A stretch of 64,000 bases of DNA from Negaprion brevirostris (GCA_030324005.1 JARDVH010000099.1:50995765-51059764), one strand, 5' to 3'; positions 26,180 to 38,306 are shown, numbered from the stretch's first letter. Numbers and translations: made by a program. The notes: a model not told the origin generated them from the letters alone.

Positions 26180-26500
26180 AAGACATTTCGTCAAAGCTTT
26201 TCTTCTTATTCATCGGGACAATTGCAAGAATACCAATGGCAGGGGGAACAACGATTTATACTCTGAGAAATAGTGTGTGCTGATTGGTTAGAAGGTGGAC
26301 TCTGATAGAGGCAGTGCCATAGTGATTATACCCATTAATGATGACTGACAGTTCATTGCCAAGCATGGTTTGAAAATTTAAATCTGGCAGCTTGACTGTG
26401 ATTAGTCAAGGCACTGTCCCACGGAATGAACCAGTGAATGGCCATCACCTATTTTGTTTAACTGTAACAGGTTTATGTTCTTTCTGGCTGCAGAGAGAGG
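26180..26500 (-). mobile_element. probable Penelope-like element 3' end/pLTR remnant
   Basis: decayed hammerhead-like core (ccgatga...gaaa) at the end, ccaatc boxes, resemblance to shark PLE termini. Confidence 0.4.
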
Positions 26501-27032
26501 ATCAGGGATTTACAAACAATCATAAGTGACAACCTCAAAATGTGGATATTTTGTGATTGTTGTAAACCTGAAAGGGAAACCTTTTTTCCCCACAACAAAC
26601 TGTACATATGTAGCACCTTTTAAAGTAGAAAATTATGCCAAGGCACTTAGAGCCACTCACCATTAATTGGTATTATGTGCAATCATGTATTTGCTTTTGT
26701 GTGCAAATGAGTCTATTGTGTGAATTGCTGAATTATTTTAAATGGTAGTTTTTGCTATAGTTCAGGTTGCTTGCCCTGCGTACAATCATAATGTAAATGA
26801 AGCAATCGTAACAGTTGAGGTGTTTGAAACACATCTGTGCCTGTCTCTGTGATCTTGCCTGAAATAAATGCAGAAATTAGTGTAGAGTTTAACTTAAAGC
26901 TATGGTTACAAGTGAAGCACTTTGCAGTTGTCTCTTTTGGTGCCTATATTAGCAACAAATGGCTAATTTAATCCACGATTAACAATAGAGGATGTATGTG
27001 ATTCATGAAATAATCGATTCCTTTTCTTCTAG

Positions 27033-27171
27033 ATGTTGGAGGCCCCACTGAAGAAGAGCTGCTGAAGTTGCTGGATCAGTGTGATCTGAGCACGTCCCGC
27101 TGTGCTACTCCCAACATCAGTCCAGCTGCCTCTCTAGTACAACATACCAAACTGCGGGAGTCAAACTCAAG
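27033..27171 (+). CDS. KCTD3: KCTD3 penultimate coding exon (not in ORF track)
   Basis: ttcttctag| ... |gtaatg; [46 protein letters not shown](S); 139 nt. Confidence 0.96.
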
Positions 27172-27449
27172 GTAATGCTTATCAAACAGACTATTTTATT
27201 TGCTATCTTTTAACAGCAGGAGCAGATTTTCCAAAGAGAAAAGGCAGTCCCTGTGGATAGTGTAGGTAGAGGCTTTTCTTGCTTCGTTTAAAGATTTTGC
27301 ACTTTTATGTCATGTCAGAAATGCTGTCACAGCATTTCTGTTAAAGGCTCCTCAAGTTATTATGAAGCATGTTCTTATTTGGATACTTGCCTCCCTTATT
27401 ATTGCTGCCAGTCCCTAATTTTTACTTGAAATAAACACAGCCTAATTCC

Positions 27450-27890
27450 TAAAATAAAAGCAAAATACATTGGATGCTGGAAATCTGAAATTGAAACAAA
27501 TGTGCTGGAAAAATTCAGCACGTATGTATCTGTGGAGAGAAGCAGAGTGAACATTTCAAGTCTGATATAAATCCAGTTCTGAGGAAGAATCATATTGGAC
27601 TGGAAGCAATAAGACCGTAAGATATAGGAGCAGAGTTAGGCCTTTCGACCAATTGATTCTGCTCTGCCATTCAGTCATGGCTGATAAGTTTCTCAATCCC
27701 ATTCTCCTGCCTTTCCCTGTAACCGTTTGATCCTCCTACCAATCAAGAACTCTGTCTTAAATACACTCTGACCTTGCCTTCACAGCCTTCTGTGGCAATG
27801 AATTCCATAGGTTTACCACCCTCTGGCTGTTAACTCTGTTTCACTCTCCACAGGTGCCAGAGCTACCAAGTTTTCCCAGCACTTTTAATT
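27450..27890. mobile_element. palindromic Penelope-like repeat with a CR1 3' fragment (27610-27828) inserted near its centre
   Basis: left arm tctgtggagagaagcagagtgaaca, right arm tgttaactctgtttcactctccacagg; CR1 tail taagaccgtaagatataggagcag between them. Confidence 0.65.
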
Positions 27891-28351
27891 TAAACCTAAT
27901 TCCTGTAACTTGCAAAGCTGTCCATTTTTTTCTTGCAGTTCTTGGAAGCACTGCAAAGCTTTGAATGGGGGAGAATTGAGCGGGGAGCCAACAAATTTTG
28001 TATAAATCTGCATTAAAAGCTTTGCTAATATTAATTGCATTCCCCTAACCTTGCAAGGCTTTGTGGATTCTGAATGGAAAAATGCACTTCTTTTATAAGA
28101 GAAAAAGCCTGGTGGTTAGGTTGCTGAGTGAGTAATCCTGAGGCCTAGACTAGTGATCCATAGACAGCAGCTGGAGAATATAAAATCTGAAGTAACAAAC
28201 TTAACAGTAGAAAATCATGAAACTGTTGGATTGTTGTAAAAACCTATCTGGTTCACTCATGTCATTCTAGAAGAAATCTGCTTTTTTTACATAACTTGAT
28301 CCACATGTGACTCCAGGACCCAAAGTAATGTGGTTACCTCTTAACCTACAA

Positions 28352-29285
28352 ACATAAGAAACAGGAGCACTAATAGGCTATTTGGATCCTAGGTCCTACT
28401 TGGCCAGTCAGTAAGATTATGGCCAATCTAACTGTGGCTTTAACTCTACTTTCCTGTTCCCCATGACACTTGACCTCCTTGTCCATCAGAAATCTTCCAT
28501 TGGCCTCTGGGAATAGATTTCCAAAGCCTAACGATCCTCTGAGAGGAGAGACTCTTTCTCATTTCATCTTTCGTGGGAGTCCCCTTGTCTTGAAACTGCT
28601 CATTAGTTCTAGATATCCTCATGAGAAAATACATTGTAGCATTTACCCTATCAAACTTCCTCAAAATCTTGTTATGTTTCAATAAGAGGCGGCACAGTGG
28701 TTAGCACTGCTGCCTCACAGTGCTGGGGATCTGGATTTGATTCCTGGCTTGGGTCACTGTCTGTGTGGAGTTTGCTCATTCTCCTTGTGTCTGCGTGGGT
28801 TTCCTCCCAAAGTCTGAAAGACATGCTGGTTAGGCGCATTTGACCATGCTAAATTCTCCCTCAGTGTACCTGAACAGGTGCCAGAGTGTGGCGACTAAGG
28901 GATTTTCACAATAACTTCATTGCAGTGTGAGTGTAAGCCTACTTGTGACTAATAAATAAAACAAAAAGATCATCTCCCATTCTTCTAAAGTCCAGTTGGT
29001 ACAGGCCTAGTCTGCTCAACCTTTCCTCATAGGACAAACCCCTCATTCTATTAATCAGTCCAGTAAACCTTTCTGAACTGTTTCCAATGCAAGTATGTCT
29101 TTCCTTTAGTGACCCAAACTGTACTCAGTGCTCTTAGGTGTGATCACACCATTGCCCTGTACAGTTGTAACAAGACGTCCCTGTCCTTATGTCCCATTAC
29201 CTTTTGTATAAAAACCAACATACGGTTTGACTTCTTAATTTTTGCNNNNNNNNNNTACTTGTATGCCTACTTTTGTGATTCATGT
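28352..29285 (-). mobile_element. CR1 LINE fragment carrying a nested + strand V-SINE (28688-28960)
   Basis: CR1 sequence atgtttcaataaga|tcatctcccattcttctaaa is split by the SINE; peptide SQRIVRLWKSIP. Confidence 0.85.
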
Positions 29286-29287
29286 CT

Positions 29288-29594
29288 GGGGTGGCATGGT
29301 AGCACAGTGGTTAGTACTACTGCTTCACAGCTCCAGGGACCTGGGTTCGCTTTCCAGCTTGGGTCACTATCGGTGTGGAGTTTGCACATTCTCCTTGTGT
29401 ATGCATGGGTTCCCTCCAGGTGCTCGGTTTCCTTCCACAGTCCAAAGATGTGGGGTTAGGTTTGTTGGCCATGCTAAAAATTGCCCTTAGTGTCCTGAGA
29501 TGTGTAGGTTAGTGGGTAAATATGTAGGGATATGGGGGTCGGGCCTGTGTAGGATTGTGATCGGTGCGGACTCGATGAGTCGAATCGCCTCTTT
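29288..29594 (+). mobile_element. HE1-like V-SINE
   Basis: tRNA-like head, V-domain, CR1-type tail running into a gap. Confidence 0.85.
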
Positions 29595-30629
29595 NNNNNN
29601 NNNNNNNNNNNNNNNNNNNNNNNNNNNNNNNNNNNNNNNNNNNNNNNNNNNNNNNNNNNNNNNNNNNNNNNNNNNNNNNNNNNNNNNNNNNNNNNNNNNN
29701 NNNNNNNNNNNNNNNNNNNNNNNNNNNNNNNNNNNNNNNNNNNNNNNNNNNNNNNNNNNNNNNNNNNNNNNNNNNNNNNNNNNNNNNNNNNNNNNNNNNN
29801 NNNNNNNNNNNNNNNNNNNNNNNNNNNNNNNNNNNNNNNNNNNNNNNNNNNNNNNNNNNNNNNNNNNNNNNNNNNNNNNNNNNNNNNNNNNNNNNNNNNN
29901 NNNNNNNNNNNNNNNNNNNNNNNNNNNNNNNNNNNNNNNNNNNNNNNNNNNNNNNNNNNNNNNNNNNNNNNNNNNNNNNNNNNNNNNNNNNNNNNNNNNN
30001 NNNNNNNNNNNNNNNNNNNNNNNNNNNNNNNNNNNNNNNNNNNNNNNNNNNNNNNNNNNNNNNNNNNNNNNNNNNNNNNNNNNNNNNNNNNNNNNNNNNN
30101 NNNNNNNNNNNNNNNNNNNNNNNNNNNNNNNNNNNNNNNNNNNNNNNNNNNNNNNNNNNNNNNNNNNNNNNNNNNNNNNNNNNNNNNNNNNNNNNNNNNN
30201 NNNNNNNNNNNNNNNNNNNNNNNNNNNNNNNNNNNNNNNNNNNNNNNNNNNNNNNNNNNNNNNNNNNNNNNNNNNNNNNNNNNNNNNNNNNNNNNNNNNN
30301 NNNNNNNNNNNNNNNNNNNNNNNNNNNNNNNNNNNNNNNNNNNNNNNNNNNNNNNNNNNNNNNNNNNNNNNNNNNNNNNNNNGATGCATTTTTCTAGTAC
30401 AGCCTTCCTTCCTCACTGGAATCTTTGTTGAGAGCTATGAAACATTTCCTGAAATGTTGCCACTAATACTTTCCTGTCTTCGCGTTCAACCTATTTACCC
30501 AGACCAATTTCAGCTAATTGACAGAAATCTTTAAAATAATTGGTTTGTAACATTTTGCTGATAATGATTGAGCATTCACCAAAATGATTTTGCTTGCTAA
30601 AAGTGACCTCTGATTTTCTTACCTGTCAG

Positions 30630-31212
30630 TCTTCAGCTTCAGGCCACAGACACTCTTCATGAGACTGCAACGTATGGTTCAGTGAGACCATATAGGGAGA
30701 GTCCGCTGCTAGCGAGAGCAAGGCGGACAGAAAGCTTTCACAGCTACCGAGACTTTCAGCCATTTACGTTCAGTAAAAACGTATTGGATACAGGAAACAT
30801 TGCATCTGAGAATGATTCTTCAGTCCAGTCAGAAAGTGAGCTAAAAGGAAAGAAACCCGGAGCCATTGAATGTTGCTTTAGTGACAGAAGGAGCCAGGTG
30901 AGTGACACTCGAGCAAGCAAGAGCTTGGATGGTGTGCCAGAGGCTCCAAGAGCAAATGAAAGTCTGGCTGAGTTCAAGAAAAAGGTGCAGGATGAAGAAA
31001 CTGATAAAGTTGAGAACAAGAAGAAAAATACTTTTGAAGGAGGGTTTTTGAGCAGGAAAAAAACTGTTGCAGCCCAGCAGTTGGCATCATGTCCTAATAC
31101 TCCTGAAGCAGGCAATGAACCACATGGTGCGGCCTCACCATCACCAACAAAGGGAGCCACTTCTCCTCGCCACAAGAAGATTGAGACTTCATGTCAGGAC
31201 CACAGTTTGTGA
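30630..31212 (+). CDS. KCTD3: KCTD3 terminal coding exon
   Basis: ctgtcag| then LQLQATDTLHETATYGSVRPYRESPLLARARRTESFHSYRDFQ...FEGGFLSRKK...SPSPTK...SPRHKK...QDHSL*, matching the KCTD3 C-terminus. Confidence 0.95.
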
Positions 31213-31974
31213 GATATAATCACTACAATGGAAACTTAGATTTTAATTGGCTTATTAAGATGCCACCGTATTCTCATGCACATAAATTATACACTACTTA
31301 CAGTTTTAAGTTCAAAGAATTATTACTTTTTTTGTCAGTATTACTTGTTTTTAATGTTTTTTGTTGCATTGCAGTTATATTAGTGTACACTAAACACCAG
31401 CATATGCATTGTTATAAAAACTGACACAAGGTGTCCACTTCCTAGTGACTGAACCTATTGAAGTTTGTTTTTATTTGTTAATGCCTCAGTCACCTGATTT
31501 CCGTTGTAACAGACTCTAATTTTTACACACTGTGCAGTAAACTTCCATTCTTGCAGGTATATTGAAGTGGTACAAATCCCATTCTAATTGCCTTTGTGCA
31601 TCCTTTGATCTTGATTTCAAAACACATTTATTTTAAAGTTCAAAACTTTAAAAACCTGAAGAGAGGGTGCTATTAAAGCAAAAAATAGTCAATATATGTC
31701 GTATAATTTCTCTAGAAGATTCCCAAGTCAAAAATGCTACAGACATAAATCTTGCATAGAAATAGTTACTCAAGTGGAGTATTTAACACAACAGCAACAA
31801 CATTTNNNNNNNNNNCCTATATTTAACTGTACTTAGAAAATGTGTGGTACAGACTGTAATTAACCGTGATGCTTATTTTTATTTTCACTCCAATGCACTG
31901 TCATATGCTGACTGAATTAGCAATTACACCAGTGGAATTAATGTAAAGGCAATTTGGATAATTTTTGGCTGTGG

Positions 31975-32097
31975 ACAATTCTCTTAAATACAGCATTGTA
32001 CTGTATATTGGAATAACAGTTCTCTTAAATACAGCATTGAACTGTGTATTGGAATGACAATTCTCTTAAATACAGCATTGTACTAAGTACTGGAATA
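31975..32097 (+). repeat. 3 x 41-bp tandem repeat at the end of the KCTD3 3' UTR
   Basis: unit acaattctcttaaatacagcattgtactgtatattggaata; three consecutive copies with a few substitutions. Confidence 0.9.
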
Positions 32098-32099
32098 AA
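32094..32099 (+). terminator. candidate KCTD3 polyadenylation signal AATAAA
   Basis: AATAAA ~880 nt after the stop, with upstream TGTA motifs and a downstream T/GT-rich tract (ttttgttgt). Confidence 0.55.
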
Positions 32100-32164
32100 A
32101 CCAGCTTCAGGTCTTCACTGAACATTTTGTTGTCCAACAATACCAGCAGCAGTAACTATTCTAA

Positions 32165-35100
32165 TTTATGGAGACAAAATTGGTCATTAGTTGAGGCCAT
32201 AATTTTAGTTTGAAACTCTCAATCAATGTGATTAGTAAGTGGGTGTTTTTGGTACACGTCCAAAAGAGGCCTTGCATATCCATCAAATAAAAGCTGATTT
32301 TTTTGCTTTGAAAGATAAAGTCTATGCAATTTGTACAGTGCATGGAAGGAACAAGGCATCTGCTCCAAGACTGATGATAAGTAACCTCTTTTCTATAGAT
32401 TTAATATACCTTGATCAGGGGTTCTCTAACATTAGAACATGCACACATAGTCATTTTGATGCTAAAGTCAAACTTGTCAGACATTTTTTTAGCCCTGCTC
32501 AAAACAACCTTTGATGGTGCCTGGTATTTAGCTGCGATTCTGCAGTTCCTGGTTCTGATTAGATAATCTAATATGTTTTGAAAGCTGGAACATAAAATTT
32601 GAGCCAATTATCAAACGTTAGTTGAGCAACCAACATGTGAATGTGTTTGTGCACAAAACAGATTTCAGGAAAATGTAATTCTTTCACTTCAGAATGTAAT
32701 ACTAACAAATTAACAATTAGTTTACTGACTGTTGACAAAAAAAATCCAAAATTGCTGGCTTCACGTAAACAACCATTTTTGTTTGCTTGGAGGTGGTTGA
32801 GATCTGGGAAACAGGCAATAACAGTCCACTGCATGTGAAAACTCAACCTTGTACATCATTTGAATGAGCTGAACCCAGAGGCTTGAGTGGTTCACTACAA
32901 TACTGCATGGTGTTCCTGAGAGCGGATTTCTAATTCTCTACTGTTCCAATAAACCAACAAAGTCGTAGTATGAAAGCTGAGCATTTTTATCTCATCAAAG
33001 CTTGCATAGACCATAATATTGACCCACTTCAAACATCTTCGGACAACTTCTGTTTCTTTGAACGTCCTTATTTCCCGGTTGTATCAGCATCCTGTTTACT
33101 TTCTATGATCACAACAAAAGTGGGAATGGTATCCATGTTAGAACATAACAGAAGAACTGGATTGCTGGTAATCAAAAGTTTCTGGAGGTGGGGTGGGCTT
33201 TAGTTCTTCAGATTTGAGCGAAGAACTTCCAACAGCCTGTTTGAAACTTTCAGGTGTTCGCACTGTTATGGATAGTTCAGTCGCATCAATGACTGACTAA
33301 AGAGGCGCTTTTCGAAAAGCAGTTTGCACAGCTCTGCAGCAAAGAGTTTAATTCATGTAAAATTACCTAACTACAGAATTTTGTAAAATTATTGCACTCC
33401 ATATCCTGTTTCATTGTAATAGATTCAATTGATAAATTAAAAATCGAGCTTGTTAAACAATAGTATACATGCAGTTAGACTCGTTATTGACCACAGACAC
33501 GCTCTGGTATACTGCACTTACTGATTCTGATATCCCATTTAGTTGTTGCCAAAGATTTTTCAGTTTGCTGTATGGATATTTCTGTAATATAAATCAGCTT
33601 CTTCTCCAAACAGTCAGATTTTCCACTTTGAATTTTCCATGACTGGGAGAGATTAATTATTATATTAAAAGTATTTTGATTGTTTATTGCTAGCCAAAGC
33701 ATTACTTCTGAAGTGCACTCACTGTCCTGATGTAGGAAACATCACGGTCGGTTTTCATACAGCAAGGAACCCCAAGCTGGCTTTAACAGTGGAGCTAACG
33801 TAATTTATTATGCAAAACCTATGAACAAGTAGAGGAAGAGATGTATACCAGGCCTTTCTGTTCCAGATATGGTCTATCTATATACTGCCTGAACCCTCCA
33901 ATCACATGCATTTTTCTGCAAGCACGGGGGGGGGGGGGGGGGGGGGGGGGGGNNNNNNNNNNNNNNNNNNNNNNNNNNNNNNNNNNNNNNNNNNNNNNNN
34001 NNNNNNNNNNNNNNNNNNNNNNNNNNNNNNNNNNNNNNNNNNNNNNNNNNNNCCCCCCCCCCCCCCCCCCCCCCAATCCTTTAAGGTAATGAACGAAGCT
34101 CCAGGAGAATATGATAACTGCTAAGACTCCCTGATCCCAATTACCATAGCATCCCTTATTATAACTTTGGAACATGCTACTGAAGAGTGCAGAGAGTTGA
34201 AGGGCAATAACTCAACAGCAATACCGCCTAGTATTTGACCTAAGTTGTGGAATCATGCCCTGGATTCTCTCAGCATCTATTTCAGCAAATCTAAAAAACT
34301 GGATAAAATAGCTCCAAAATTGGTTATCATTTTGGACCCCCCACCACCACCATCACCAGTAACAACTTGGCATCAGAGTTTCTTAACAAAAGTACATACA
34401 TGAACTCATACTAAGGTCTTTTGCAACAATTATATAATTAGTGAACCAGGTATCACAGAAGGAATGTTTTCTTTGGAATGTTGAAAGAAATGTGGGGGGA
34501 GGGGGGAGAAATGTTTGGTGTTCTATGCTGAAAGTGACAAAGTCATGGTGGATGCTGTATTGAATATAAAGGCTGATGGTATGGAAGTTGAGGAGGACAA
34601 GTCGAGCCCTATTGTGTTACTGGGAGGGTAGGGAAGGGATAAGAACAGAAGACTGAGAAATGTTATGGACATGGGCCATATTAGCTATGCTGGAGGGGAA
34701 TCCTTTCTTTTCAGTCTCCATCTCATCTGTTCCGAGAATGTCTCCGACCAGCGTTTTNNNNNNNNNNCATCGTCCTTTATCTTACTTGAGGCTTCTCAGG
34801 AACTGAATTGAAGTATTCATATTTATTCAATTAAATATTTGGTAATTTAACAGGTTAGTATTTCAACAATCATCAGTGAAACTGCCTATGGATGTAAAAC
34901 AACATGAAATATGCCCTTTTGAGGTGTTACCTTAAAATGTAACGTGGTAGATTAGATGTAATTTTGAGGAAGAACTCTTATGTGATGGATGGCCAGTTGA
35001 GTGAGCTGTTGTGACCTGGACCATGTCAAGCTTCTTGAGTGCTGTTAGAGGTAGACCTCCAGGCAAATGGGGCTTATATTCCAACACCCTCCTGACTTGT

Positions 35101-36861
35101 GCCTTGTAAACAGTGTTTTTGAGGCTTTGGAGAGGTAGGTGGTGAAATACTCACAGCAGAATATCCGGTCTTGGGCTATGTTAACTTATAAGTGCCTATA
35201 TTCGTTTTGGTCTGCGCCCTTGATAGCAGCTAGCCTGATCTAATATGCTATACAGGACCACCAACACCTGCTTCATGTCTTTATATGAAACTAAATTTCT
35301 AGGTCCACAAACGAAGCATTTGCAAAATGGTTTAATTTACAATGCCACCAAATACAGTAACGAAAAATAATGTGTTAATTCATTAAATAAGAACTTTGTT
35401 TCTAAAATAAACAAGCTGATTGGTTGGACACTTTGGATATGAGTTTTATTAATTCCTTTGCAGGTAATTACAGAAGGTTGACAAACAATACACACTGCTT
35501 TTAAAATCATTCCGAACACTTGAAATAGTCCTTTACTGACTCCCCACTTGCCGACGTAATTGTCCCCGGTTTGGCAAGTGGGCTGGAGACTCGCCTAATA
35601 TGGGCCTGAATGTTCATCACCAATTCATACAATGTTATCCAGTGTTAAACTCACTGCTCTGTGGCCTCACCATCTTTGCATCTGCCTCATTCTCTTTTCA
35701 AAATTCTGCACAATATTTTATTATTTCAAAATGTATTAGCTGCAGATTGTAAAAGTATTTGGTAGGGTGTGTACATCTTTAAGCCTGCACAAGGGAACTG
35801 CATGTGTATGTTGTCTGAATAGCTTCATGTCCAATTTCAGTAACCTGGCACAGCAGAGTTTTGGGAGAAATGCCTTGATCAAATAAAACAACTCCATACC
35901 AGTTATTGCATGAGCAATTCTGGTTCATTTAACCATCAGTCCATAGGGAGTTTATAATACCCATGGCTCTCCTGACAAATTATTCATACACAGCATTTGT
36001 CAGCTTGTTTCTGTTGTTCATATTGCTTGCTCATCAACAACATCATCCTGACGGGCATGGTGACCTGATTTTCTTTGTAAACCAGTCAGAATCTTTCCAG
36101 TTGATGAGGCTATTGTTCTCTGGTCTGAAGTATTTTAAGGCAAAAAGTTCCAACACTAATGTCAATGATCTGTGGTGTAAACAGATTTGCAAGCAAATAT
36201 GACTTAGAGGTTCTGAGACTTTCAATGTGTTTAAGTTTCACATTTCAAATTTATAGACAGGAGTCTGACAAACTAAAGTAAAATTATTTATAAAACAGAA
36301 CCATGTATGATCATAAAATCCAGGAGCTATTATTTTCATTTAAAAGGTTTGTTTTGTGTTCGTCATCTTTGGACTAAGCCTGGATGTGTTTTTATTAATG
36401 TGTATACGACACCATTAAAAGTCAGCAGTATTGGAACAGAATTTAAATACAGCAGTCACCACTGACAACATACTGTACAATTGTAAGGGTTATTCTTCAC
36501 AATACTAATGATCAGTCCAATCCAAAATGTATTTTTAACTTGCTGAGCATATCCATCCAGCATTATCTCTTATTTAAGTAATAAATTCCAGACTGTTAGT
36601 ATAACTGCTTTACAAAGAGGCTACTCCAGTAAAGATCAATCACTGTGGCTTTCTTTTATGGTGAGACAAATTAAAAGATATACAGTAAATGATTATATTA
36701 CAGATAGTGAGACATTATCAGAAGTTCCCAGTTCCATTTTCATTTCTCCCTTCCCAACATATTCACCTGTTTTCAGAATCCCTCCATAAACAGGTAGCTG
36801 TTGATTTTTACATGATTCTTTGTGATCCGAGTCTAATCCGCCTGTCGCAAATATCAAGTAT
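32165..36861 (-). pseudogene. decayed multi-exon EF-hand-repeat (EFCAB6-like) gene relic
   Basis: exon-like blocks at ~36767-36861, 36060-36169, 35400-35518, 34786-34885, 34145-34290, 33522-33642, 32848-33333 and 32165-32310; cross-frame readings give VLETFCLKI, NSLINWKD(F)LTGL, RNDFK..TFCNYL.AKELIKLISKV, FAEIDAE..QILGGIAVEL, FDEDKNAQLSYYDFVGLLE; many stops and frameshifts. Confidence 0.6.
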
Positions 36862-37699
36862 CTGAAGCACAAAGTTACCAATACCAAGATCCAGCACTGC
36901 TCCACCTCAACCTACCTACTTACAGTTTTCAACCTTGAATAAATAATAACATGCACAGTTTAAATCTAATTTTTTTTTGTGGTGGTATATTAACAATTTC
37001 ACTATATAAAGTGATCTCACTATATTGCTTGTATAAGACATTCTTGGGTCTATGTTATTGGCAAGGTCTGAAGTTCTGGGTGATTATTAAAGTCACAGAT
37101 GCACTGCCTGAAATTTTCTTAAAGGTCAACCAATGGAGAATTTCAAACAAAGCAGCTATGATTTACCAGGAAGCTCGTTGTATGTGAGGGTCAGAAAATC
37201 CAGCCTGGTGTAGTGAAGCCATTTGTACCATATCAGAATCATACCATAAGGAAGGACATCTTATGGCCCATCATGCCAGTTTTTTGGTATAGTTATCCTA
37301 TGATTCCCACTCCTCTGCTCTTTTCCCATAACCCTGAATTTTCATTAAGGAATTTGACCAAGTTAGTCAAACATGACCTGGCTCATACCTTCTCAAATGC
37401 CAATTAATTTTGTCCAAGGTTACTGTGTCTGAATGTTTTCCCACCAACAATGTTAGGCTGACTGGCTTGTAGCTGCGGATTTTACTTGCCCCCCTTTTCC
37501 TAAACTGGTAAATAATATTTGTAATCTATTGGTCCTCTGGCACCATATCCAAGAATGTAACTGAGCTAGTTTGTACAATGATGAATTNNNNNNNNNNNNN
37601 NNNNNNNNNNNNNNNNNNNNNNNNNNNNNNNNNNNNNNNNNNNNNNNNNNNNNNNNNNNNNNNNNNNNNNNNNNNNNNNNNNNNNNNAATTTACTCATA

Positions 37700-38070
37700 G
37701 ATTAAAGTTTGAATTTTGGGAATGTATGAACTTTAAGTCCATAAAATAATGAGGGCATAGATCAGCTAGAGAGTTAACATCTTTTCCCAAAGGTAGGGGA
37801 GTCTAAAACTAGAGGGAATAGGTTTAAGGTGAGAGGGGAGAGATACAAAAAATCCAGAAGAACTATTTTTCTCACAGAGGGTAGTGAGTGTCTGAAACAA
37901 GCTGCCAGAGATAGTAGTAGTAGAAGCATTTAGAGTTACGTGGGTAAAATGGGTATAGAGAGATATGGGTCAAACGCGAGCAATTGGGATGAGCTCTGTG
38001 ATTAAAAGAAAAGGGTGGTATGGGCAAGTTGGGCCGAAGGGCCTGTTTCCATGCTGTAAACTTTTATGAC
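37700..38070 (+). mobile_element. CR1 LINE 3' end
   Basis: same subfamily as 4704-5213 and 52958-53295; ends gggccgaagggcctgtttccatgctgtaaac. Confidence 0.9.
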
Positions 38071-38306
38071 TTAAGTACTTACAATGTTTTCAAAGCAAGG
38101 TTGAGTAATACATTCAGTGCCAACTGCTACTAACATGGGAGCCCTCTGCTGGATAACACTATTATGGACTATGTCTGAGGCTTATCGAAATGTTTCTCAG
38201 AATGAAAATCAAGTGAAAGCGACTCAAAAGCAAATGCACTGGATACTGACAATTTGTAACCATAAATTGATTCTCTTTGAGTTTCTACACATATATAAAT
38301 TATTCA

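Noticed and set aside
30756-31175. 139-aa antisense ORF
   Set aside because: Shadow of the KCTD3 terminal exon.
31975-32097. 41-bp repeats as a CRISPR array
   Set aside because: No unique spacers, vertebrate 3' UTR context, no cas genes.
33926-34074. poly-G, 100 N, poly-C suggesting a hairpin or G-quadruplex
   Set aside because: Homopolymer contig ends around a placeholder gap; the true structure is unknown.
35543-35582. Hairpin cccacttgccga / ttggcaagtggg
   Set aside because: Short stem with no recognisable RNA family; may be chance or a MITE remnant.
36693-36905. 70-aa ORF with a signal-peptide-like start
   Set aside because: GTG start; the hydrophobic part is the pyrimidine tract of a relic exon acceptor.
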